64,000 nucleotides of DNA from Gemmatimonadota bacterium (GTDB lineage Bacteria; Gemmatimonadota; Gemmatimonadetes; Gemmatimonadales; GWC2-71-9): NCBI GenBank assembly GCA_003222135.1, contig QHUM01000047.1, positions 272-64,271 of the forward strand, in the 5' to 3' direction. A model generated the notes under the pieces. That model ran no database searches. It worked only from the letters and a program-made list of their open reading frames with translations, and was not told the origin of the DNA. Of the stretch, positions 56,974 through 64,000 are shown piece by piece. Each line of letters starts with the position of its first letter. Positions within the stretch are counted from its first letter, which is position 1. The position numbers and the translations under genes are program-made.

Positions 56974-57696
56974 TCACAAGACCGTGCCCATTTGAATGAA
57001 GTAGTACTCCGCCATCGCGAGCAGCGCCACGCCCGCGACCTTCTTGATCCACAACGTCCAGGCGCCGGTCCGGGGGAGCGACGCTAAGGAGCCCGAGAAT
57101 ACCCCGACGACCACCAGCAGTGCTGTCATCCCGAGCGAGAAGACGAAGAGATAGATGAAGCCCAGCGTCGCACTCCGCGTCGTAGCCACCCACGTGAGCA
57201 CCGCCGCGAAGGCCGGGGCCCCGCACGGCGCCGCGACGATGCCGGACGTGGCGCCGAGCAGAAACACGCCCCCGTACGATCCCCCCGTGAGGCGTCCGGC
57301 CCACTGCAGCAGACGTTGCGGCGCGGACACGGGAAACACGTCCAGCATGGCAAGGCCGAAAACGAGCAGCAGGTTCCCGATCGCGAAGCGCGCCCACGGG
57401 CTCGCGCTCACGGTGCCGAACAGCGACCCGGTGAGGCCGGCGATGAGGCCGAGGATCGCGTAAAACAGCGCCAGCCCCGATACGTAGGCGAACGTCAGTC
57501 GGGCCGCTCGAGCGCGGGAGGTGCTCCCGGCCCCCGTGCCCGCGAGGATACCCGCCGTGATCGGGATCATGGGGTAGATGCACGGCGTGAGGCTCGTGAC
57601 GAGGCCCGCGCCGAACAGCGTGACGAGGGCGAGGAGCGGGCTCTTCGCCAGCGCCTCGCCCAGGTCCACCACGACGAACAACAGGCCGAGGGTCAA
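56974..57696 (-). CDS. CcdA/DsbD-beta membrane electron transporter
   Basis: SLTPCIYPMIP and AAPCGAP, about 6-7 TM. Confidence 0.92.
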   Translation of the reverse strand: MTLGLLFVVVDLGEALAKSPLLALVTLFGAGLVTSLTPCIYPMIPITAGILAGTGAGSTSRARAARLTFAYVSGLALFYAILGLIAGLTGSLFGTVSASPWARFAIGNLLLVFGLAMLDVFPVSAPQRLLQWAGRLTGGSYGGVFLLGATSGIVAAPCGAPAFAAVLTWVATTRSATLGFIYLFVFSLGMTALLVVVGVFSGSLASLPRTGAWTLWIKKVAGVALLAMAEYYFIQMGTVL

Positions 57697-57702
57697 CGTC
57701 CG

Positions 57703-59052
57703 CTACAAGCTCCACCCCGACCGATAACGTGGATGGATGAACTCGTCCGGGATACTCACGTTCGTCACCTGGCCGTTCTCCGGGTTGATCTCCAGCGCCC
57801 GGCCCAGCCGTACCGCGAGACACCCGAGCAGTACCATCGACGACAGCCCTCCCGCGTGGCCATCGAACGTCGAGCCCGCGGGCGGCCCGCCCTTGCACGC
57901 CGCGATCCACTCGGCGTAGACGCCGGGCGAGTGCGGGTACTTCGGCTGCTGCGCGGGTGGCGGTGGATCGCCGCTCGCGACGCCCTGCTTCGCGGACGTG
58001 AGCAGCTTGGCGTCGTCCCCGTACGTCCCCGCGGTCAGCTTGCCGTCGCTTCCGATCCAGAGCTGCCCACCGCCCTTGTCGAACGGCCACGCCAGCTCGT
58101 CGGCCACTTCGACCGGTCGCGGCGGATAGAGACTGCCGTCGCGCCAGACCACTTTCACCTCGGGGCGCTTGCCCTTCGCGGCGAACGTGTAGCTGATGCG
58201 CGAGCCGGCCGGCGCGGTCTCCTTGAAGAGCGGTGTCGACTCGGCCTCGATGCGCGTGGGGTAGCCGAGATCGAGGGTCCAGTAGGCGGCGTCCATGATG
58301 TGGCACGCCATGTCACCCAGCGCTCCCGTACCGAAGTCCCAGAAACCGCGCCACTTGAACGGCGCGTACGCCGGATGATACGGCCGCTCCGACGCGGGCC
58401 CGAGCCACAGGTTCCAGTCGAGCGTAGCGGGAGCGTAGTACTCCTCGAGCGGCCGGTCGAGCGCCTGCGGCCAGATCGGCCGATTGGTCCAGAAGTGCAC
58501 CTCGCGCACCGACCCGATGGCGCCTGCTTCGACCAACTCGCGGATCTGGCGCGTGCCGTCGCGCGCGTGCCCCTGGTTCCCCATCTGGGTCATGATCTTG
58601 GGATGACTGCGCGCGTAGTCGGCCAGCGCGCGCACTTCGCCCATGGTCCGGGCGAGCGGCTTTTGGATGTAGGTGTGCTTGCCCGCCTTCAGGGCGAGCA
58701 TTCCGGCGGCGGCGTGCGAGTGGTCGGGCGTCGACACCGTCACGGCGTCGATGTTCTTCGACTCCTTGTCGAACATCTCGCGGTAATCCTTGTATCGCTT
58801 CGCCTTGATATAGGTCTGGAACGCGTCTTCGGCGCTCTTCCAATCCACGTCGCACAGGGCGTAGATGTTCTCCCCCTCCATGCCGCGCACGTCGTTGCGG
58901 CCCATGCCCCCCACGCCGATGCAGGCGACGTTGAGCTTGTCGCTGGGCGCGCGGTAGCCACGACCCAGCACGTGCCGGGGCACGATGGTGAAGGCCACGC
59001 CGGCGCCCACGTCGCCGACGAATTTCCGTCTCGAGATGCGTTTGCGTGACAT
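57703..59052 (-). CDS. Tat-exported Gfo/Idh/MocA oxidoreductase
   Basis: SRRKF, IGVGGMG, STPDHSH, QKPL, WRGFWDFGTGALGDMACH. Confidence 0.93.
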   Translation of the reverse strand: MSRKRISRRKFVGDVGAGVAFTIVPRHVLGRGYRAPSDKLNVACIGVGGMGRNDVRGMEGENIYALCDVDWKSAEDAFQTYIKAKRYKDYREMFDKESKNIDAVTVSTPDHSHAAAGMLALKAGKHTYIQKPLARTMGEVRALADYARSHPKIMTQMGNQGHARDGTRQIRELVEAGAIGSVREVHFWTNRPIWPQALDRPLEEYYAPATLDWNLWLGPASERPYHPAYAPFKWRGFWDFGTGALGDMACHIMDAAYWTLDLGYPTRIEAESTPLFKETAPAGSRISYTFAAKGKRPEVKVVWRDGSLYPPRPVEVADELAWPFDKGGGQLWIGSDGKLTAGTYGDDAKLLTSAKQGVASGDPPPPAQQPKYPHSPGVYAEWIAACKGGPPAGSTFDGHAGGLSSMVLLGCLAVRLGRALEINPENGQVTNVSIPDEFIHPRYRSGWSL

Positions 59053-59065
59053 GATGCGACCCTCC

Positions 59066-60301
59066 TCAGTCGGCCGCCACGGGCGCGGGCGCGCGCGCGC
59101 CCCCCGGGCGAAACATGGCTGCGAATAGGACCAGAACGACCGCGGCGAACCCAGCCGGCAGCACCCAGAAGCTGGGCCAACGCCCGAGGGTCAAGCTGGC
59201 CGCGCCGCCCAAGAACCGGTTGTACACGTTGCCCGCCACCTGCGCGCCGATGAGCATGCCGACGCCATAGGTGACCAGCACCAGGAATCCCTGCGCCTGG
59301 CCGCGAATCGCGGGTGTCGATTTCTTGTCCACGTAGATCTGACCGGTGACGAAAAAGAAGTCGTAGCACACGCCGTGCAGCAGGATCGCGATGATGATGA
59401 GCGAGAGGACCGCGGAGGGCGCCGCCACCGCAAACAGGGCGTAGCGCACGACCCAGGCGGCCATGCCCACCATCAGCATCCGCTTCACCCCGAGCCGCAC
59501 GAAAAAGACCGGCATGAGCAACATGAAGATCACCTCGGACATCTGCCCGAGCGACTGGGTCGCCGCGATTTTGGTGATGCCCGCATCGCCCAGGAAGATC
59601 TGGGTGAAGTTGTAATAGGCCGCCAGCGGGATGCACAGCAGGAGCGAGGCGGCAATGAAGACGTAGAACGCGCGGTCGCCGAGCTGCGCCAGTGCGTCGA
59701 GACCGAGGATGCTGCGCAGCGAGACCCGCTGCCCGGCTCCGGGCGGTGGTGTGTGGGGCAGTAGGAAGCTGAAGAGCCCCAATAGCACGCTCGCCGTGGC
59801 GGTCGTGTAAATCGGCAGAGCCGTGGGCTCCGGGACAACGCCGATCAGCGGTCCCAGCACGAAGCTGATGAACAGTCCCGCTACGATCCAGCCGGCCGTT
59901 CCGAACACTCGGATCAGAGGAAATTGCTTCTCCTGTGACTGGATGTGGTGGAACGCCAGGCTGTTCGCGAGGCCGAGGGTCGGCATGTAGCACAGGTTGT
60001 AGAGCAGCAGGAGCAGGATGAACACGACGGGCGCGCCCGCGGCCCCCGGCACGGCGAACATGATCACGCCGCCCAGCAGGTGGAGCACGCCGAGCACCTT
60101 CTCGGTCGCGAAGTAGCGGTCCGCGATCAGCCCGAGGAAGAACGGCGCCACGATGGCCGCGATCGGGTTCACCGTATAGGGCCAGTGTGTCAGCGTCTCC
60201 ATGCCATGATGGGTCATGTACACTGCGATCGTCGTGTACCACGCACCCCAGATGAAGAACTGCAGAAACATCATCGCCGACAGCCTGGCGCGGACGCTCA
60301 C
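59066..60301 (-). CDS. MFS nucleoside:H+ symporter (NupG-like) family transporter
   Basis: MMFLQFFIWGAW, ADRYF, IRVFGTAGW, HGVCYDFFFV; GTGA overlap. Confidence 0.9.
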   Translation of the reverse strand: MSVRARLSAMMFLQFFIWGAWYTTIAVYMTHHGMETLTHWPYTVNPIAAIVAPFFLGLIADRYFATEKVLGVLHLLGGVIMFAVPGAAGAPVVFILLLLLYNLCYMPTLGLANSLAFHHIQSQEKQFPLIRVFGTAGWIVAGLFISFVLGPLIGVVPEPTALPIYTTATASVLLGLFSFLLPHTPPPGAGQRVSLRSILGLDALAQLGDRAFYVFIAASLLLCIPLAAYYNFTQIFLGDAGITKIAATQSLGQMSEVIFMLLMPVFFVRLGVKRMLMVGMAAWVVRYALFAVAAPSAVLSLIIIAILLHGVCYDFFFVTGQIYVDKKSTPAIRGQAQGFLVLVTYGVGMLIGAQVAGNVYNRFLGGAASLTLGRWPSFWVLPAGFAAVVLVLFAAMFRPGGARAPAPVAAD

Positions 60302-61044
60302 GGCAGCACCCGGATCTTGATATTGCGGAACGTCACGGGGTACTCGTGCTCCTGCAAGCCGATGTAGCCCTCGGCGTTGCGGCCGTAACGCGGGTGCGGG
60401 GCGAACTTGCTCGCCTTCACTTTGGCCTCCCAATCCGGGCTGCCCAGCTCGTACTGGACCACCTTCACGCCGTTGAGCCAGTGCTCGACGTGATTGCCGT
60501 TCACCACGAGGCGCACCTGGTTCCACTGGCCGGGGCCCTTCACGACTCCGGCGGGCGACGGATACAGACCGTAGTCGGCGCCGGCCGCCGTCAGGCGGGA
60601 CTGGCCGTCGGGATGCCCGACGTCGTCGAGCACCTGCATCTCCGGCTCGCTCCAGTAGATGGCGTTGTCGTCCGGATCTTCGCTCGCGCGGTAGAAGATC
60701 CCGCTGTTGCCGTTCTTGGCGATGTTCCACTCGAGCGACAGCTCGAAGTTCTTGAACTTCTCCTTCGTGATGATGTCGGCCGCCGGCTTGACGCGCTTCA
60801 GCGTCCCGTCCACCACCTGCCACCCCGATGGCATCGAATCCATCTTCCATCCGCGCCACCCTGCCGTGGTCTTACCGTCGAACAACAGGCGCCAGCCCGC
60901 GGCGCGCTCGTCCGCAGTAAGCGTGTTGAGCGGCGCGGCGCCGCCGGCCGAACCGGCCTGCTGGGCACCGGCCGCGCCCGGCGCCGCCAACCACGCGCCT
61001 GCCAGACACGCCCCGAGCAGGCTCATTGCCTTCAGGTGGTTCAC
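60298..61044 (-). CDS. DUF1080 (3-keto-disaccharide hydrolase/lyase) #2
   Basis: GWRLLFDG, NSGIFY, EMQVLD, HWLNG, LQEH, FRNIKI; signal peptide. Confidence 0.92.
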   Translation of the reverse strand: MNHLKAMSLLGACLAGAWLAAPGAAGAQQAGSAGGAAPLNTLTADERAAGWRLLFDGKTTAGWRGWKMDSMPSGWQVVDGTLKRVKPAADIITKEKFKNFELSLEWNIAKNGNSGIFYRASEDPDDNAIYWSEPEMQVLDDVGHPDGQSRLTAAGADYGLYPSPAGVVKGPGQWNQVRLVVNGNHVEHWLNGVKVVQYELGSPDWEAKVKASKFAPHPRYGRNAEGYIGLQEHEYPVTFRNIKIRVLP

Positions 61045-61157
61045 GTGCTCCTCCTCTCGTCAGGTTTCGGGGGAATCGGGCGTCAATGCTACGATACGCC
61101 CGGGGTTCGGGGAAGGTTGGGCGCAAAGCCCGTGCCTCGAGGGGTCAGCGATGAGGA

Positions 61158-61616
61158 TCACTCGGGCAGACCCGCGAGCTGCTTGAGGCGGCTCTGCACG
61201 GCCCTTCTGGCGCGCTCGCTCCTGGTGATGACGAGGATGGCGTCGTCCCCCGCGATGGTCCCGATGATTTCCTCCCACCCTGCCCCGTCGATGGCGAGGC
61301 CGAGCGATTGGGCGCCCCCCGCCGGCGTCTTGACCACGAGCAACGGCCCCACCCCCTCCATGGCTACGAGCATCGCCGGCAGGACCTGATCGAGGTGATG
61401 CCGGATGCCGGGGCCGCTTTCCGGGGGCGGGGCGTAGTGCGAGCCCCCATCGGGGGCGGCCACCTTGGCGAGGCCCAAGTCGCGAATGTCGCGCGACAAC
61501 GTCGCCTGCGTGACGGCGAACCCTTCCCCCTTGAGGAGCTCGCGCAGCTGTTCCTGGCTCGCGACGCGTCCGGTGCGGACGATCTTGAGAATCGCGGCGT
61601 GCCGCTGCGTTTTCAT
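61158..61616 (-). CDS. argR: Arginine repressor
   Basis: SQEQL, VTQATLSRDI, GTIAGDD; possible leaderless -10 TAGATT overlapping the upstream stop. Confidence 0.96.
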   Translation of the reverse strand: MKTQRHAAILKIVRTGRVASQEQLRELLKGEGFAVTQATLSRDIRDLGLAKVAAPDGGSHYAPPPESGPGIRHHLDQVLPAMLVAMEGVGPLLVVKTPAGGAQSLGLAIDGAGWEEIIGTIAGDDAILVITRSERARRAVQSRLKQLAGLPE

Positions 61617-61627
61617 GGGGCCTGAAT

Positions 61628-62827
61628 CTAGCCGTGGACTACCCGGCCGGCGACGACGGTCAGGAGGGCGGTCGAGGGCGGTCGAGGGCGGTCGAGCAAC
61701 AGGGCGGTCAACGGAAACACCGCCAAATCCGCGGCTTTGCCCACTGCCAGCGCCCCGATCTCACCATCGAGTCCCAGCGTGCGGGCGCCGTCCAGCGTGA
61801 GCGTCCGCAGGGCCTCCTCGCCGGCGAGCCCCGCGGCCGCCGCTTCCGACCAGAGATCGACATCGCCGCTCGAGACGACCGAATCGGTCCCGAGCCCCAC
61901 GGTCAGGCCGGCCGCGCGGAACGCAGCGAGCGGGGCCGTGCCGTGCCCGTGCGCGCGGTTGGAGCGGGGGCAGAGCGCGATGGCCGCCCCCGCCTGCCGC
62001 AGCAGCTCGACGTCCCGCTGGCTCACTTGCACGCAGTGAATGCAGAGACACGCCGTTCCACGTTGTACGACGCCAAGTTGCACGAGGTGTTGGACGGGGG
62101 ACCGGCCGCGAGCCGCCACCGGAATGCCACGGGCGCGCAACGCCTCCGCGAATGGGCCGGCTCCGTCCGCGACCAGCTGGGTCTCCTCCCGCGACTCGGC
62201 GAGGTGCACGGCGAGCGGCAGGCGTTCGCGGCGGGCGAACTCCGCCACCGCCCGATACAGCGGCTCGCTCACCGTATACGGCGCGTGCGGGGACACACCC
62301 AGACGGGCTCGGCCGGTAGCGAGTGGGCGCAGCCGCCGCACGGCAGCCGCGAGCTCGCTCAGGCTGGCGCCGCACTTTGTGGGGTCCGGTCCGAACACTT
62401 CCTGATAGTAGATGCCGCGCGCCCCGAGGCGCGCCAGTGCCTCGAGGGGGGCGCCGGTACTGCCCGTGTCCGCGACGCACGTGACGCCCGCCGCCCAACA
62501 GTCGCGCACCCCCTGCTCGGCCGAGCGGGAGAACTCTGCTGGCGTGCTCGCGTCCTTCAGGACGCGAATCGCGCGAATCCACGGCGCGAATTCCCGCTCG
62601 GCGTTCTTGCCGGCGAGGAGGGTCAGCTCGAGGTGGGTGTGACAGTTCACCAGGCCGGGGACGAGGACGGCGTCGGCGAACTCGAGGGCCTGCGCCTCGG
62701 GCGGCGTAGGCACCTGGGCATTCGGGCCGATGGCGGCGATGCTGCCGCCCGCGTCAACGAGAACGGCGCCGTCCTCGATGGGCGGCGCCGTGACCGGATG
62801 AACCGAGCGGGCGCGGATGCGCAACAT
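61628..62827 (-). CDS. Metal-dependent amidohydrolase (MTA/SAH or aminofutalosine deaminase-like)
   Basis: NCHTHLE, PHAPY, HLAES, LGTDS. Confidence 0.88.
   Translation of the reverse strand: MLRIRARSVHPVTAPPIEDGAVLVDAGGSIAAIGPNAQVPTPPEAQALEFADAVLVPGLVNCHTHLELTLLAGKNAEREFAPWIRAIRVLKDASTPAEFSRSAEQGVRDCWAAGVTCVADTGSTGAPLEALARLGARGIYYQEVFGPDPTKCGASLSELAAAVRRLRPLATGRARLGVSPHAPYTVSEPLYRAVAEFARRERLPLAVHLAESREETQLVADGAGPFAEALRARGIPVAARGRSPVQHLVQLGVVQRGTACLCIHCVQVSQRDVELLRQAGAAIALCPRSNRAHGHGTAPLAAFRAAGLTVGLGTDSVVSSGDVDLWSEAAAAGLAGEEALRTLTLDGARTLGLDGEIGALAVGKAADLAVFPLTALLLDRPRPPSTALLTVVAGRVVHG
61664..61709. repeat. Decamer repeat (GAGGGCGGTC)n inside the amidohydrolase 3' end
   Basis: Three tandem copies plus one offset copy. 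Confidence 0.75.
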
Positions 62828-62911
62828 CAGGGGTCAGGGATCAGGGATCAGGGGTTAGGGAGCCGGCGCCGCTGCGGACGCCTGGCCCCTGACACCCGAC
62901 CTCTGATCCCT
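62828..62911. repeat. Heptamer hairpin element (CAGGGAT/CAGGGGT family)
   Basis: caggggt-cagggat-cagggat-caggggt...ccctgac-accc-gacctctgatccct fills the intergenic space. Confidence 0.85.
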
Positions 62912-62916
62912 CGCCG

Positions 62917-64000
62917 TTATGGCGACACTCCGATGCCGAACGGCGCGTGTACGGGACACGACTGCGTCGGCTCGGTGCCGGGATAGAACCAGTCCCAGTG
63001 ACGCACATCCTGCGGGCAGAACGGCGTCGCCAGGTAGCCGTTCGACCAGTCCACTTCCCGCGTGACGAGCGAGTCGGGCCGCTCCCAGTCGGGCGGCTGC
63101 GGTCGCCGGTCGTACACGTCACGCATGAACGCCGTCCAGGCGGGCGCCACGATCCGACCGCCGCCGGCGTTGTGCTCGAGGATGCGTTGCTGAATGTCGT
63201 AGCCCACCCAGATCCCGGCTACGAGCTCCGGGGTGTACCCGATGAACCACGCATCGGTGTAGTCGTCCGTGGTCCCGGTCTTGCCGGCGGCGGGGAGCGT
63301 GAATCCCGCCTTCCACACCGCGGTGAACGCGGTGCCGCGACGGATGACATCCTTCATCATGTCCACCATCAGCCAGGCATGCTCGGGGTCCATCACATCC
63401 TCGCGGCGCGGCTCCGCCTTCCAGAGGATGTTCCCCTGGCGGTCCTCGACCCGGAGGATGCCGATCGGCTCGGACCGGGTACCGAGCGTGGCGAACGCGG
63501 TGTAGGCCGCGATCATCTCCATCGGCTTCACGCCCTTGGCCCCGATGTGGATCGAGGGGTAGGGGGGGAGCGGGGTGGTGATCCCGTAGCGGCGCGCCTC
63601 GCCGATCACGGTCTGCTCGCCCAGCGCCATCCCGAGCTTGATGGTCGCGAGGTTGCGGGACAGGTACAGCCCTTCGCGCATCGGGATCAGCCCCAGCGTC
63701 GTGTCGTCGTCATCCTTGGGCTGCCACAGCGACGAGTCGAGCTGGATGACCGGCGGGTTGAGCGGCGAATCGTCCAGGATCTCGGTGACCGGGTGGCCGG
63801 CGCGGACCGCCGCCGAGTACACGAACGGCTTGAATGTCGAGCCGGGCTGGCGGATCGCCTGCGTGGCGCGGTTGTACTTCGAGTCGTCGAAGTCACGCCC
63901 GCCGATCATGGCGCGGATATAGCCGGTGTTCGCCTCGAGGGCGACGAGCGCGCCCTGGAGGTAGGGGGTGTAGAGCCCGTGGTCTTCCCCGGACGCCTTG
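62917..64000 (-). CDS. Class A penicillin-binding protein (PBP1A), C-terminal part
   Basis: RQPGSTFKP (SxxK), SRN, GKTGT. Confidence 0.93.
   Translation of the reverse strand, partial: KASGEDHGLYTPYLQGALVALEANTGYIRAMIGGRDFDDSKYNRATQAIRQPGSTFKPFVYSAAVRAGHPVTEILDDSPLNPPVIQLDSSLWQPKDDDDTTLGLIPMREGLYLSRNLATIKLGMALGEQTVIGEARRYGITTPLPPYPSIHIGAKGVKPMEMIAAYTAFATLGTRSEPIGILRVEDRQGNILWKAEPRREDVMDPEHAWLMVDMMKDVIRRGTAFTAVWKAGFTLPAAGKTGTTDDYTDAWFIGYTPELVAGIWVGYDIQQRILEHNAGGGRIVAPAWTAFMRDVYDRRPQPPDWERPDSLVTREVDWSNGYLATPFCPQDVRHWDWFYPGTEPTQSCPVHAPFGIGVSP

Overview
High-GC bacterial chromosomal window; the gene content and short heptamer/decamer repeat families suggest Gemmatimonadota, which is an inference. 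It has about 60 densely packed CDSs and no rRNA, tRNA, CRISPR array, transposase or prophage. From left to right: a partial Ig-like lipoprotein; a MoxR/DUF58/DUF4350/DUF4129 cluster with a divergent RDD-SpoIIM fusion; a stand-alone HisKA microprotein pair; a site-2 protease; rho-ruvX-mltG-[antisense thiE]-aroH-rlmI-CDF; a small ORF with a sigma54-type promoter; an FdhF-like molybdoenzyme; tdh-kbl; a tandem beta-barrel OMP; a NYN-LOTUS-RGG protein; a YtrA/GntR ABC operon; an NtrY/NtrX-like pair followed by a bactofilin-Omp85 fusion and DUF4390; argH-argG. Then comes a 19 kb two-armed oxidative (3-keto) glycoside-utilisation locus whose arms converge on a CcdA-TlpA-peroxiredoxin module, followed by argR, an amidohydrolase and a partial PBP1A. 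The most notable observations are: (1) a signal-peptide-bearing, Cys-free peroxiredoxin with an in-frame UGA at the peroxidatic position plus a SECIS-like hairpin, directly abutting TlpA-CcdA, i.e. a candidate periplasmic seleno-peroxidase pathway inside a flavo-oxidoreductase sugar locus; (2) a candidate non-contiguous operon in which the thiE and aroH start codons share one CATG; (3) stop-free heptamer hairpin elements placed right after coupled stop/start junctions, two of them translated into N-termini.
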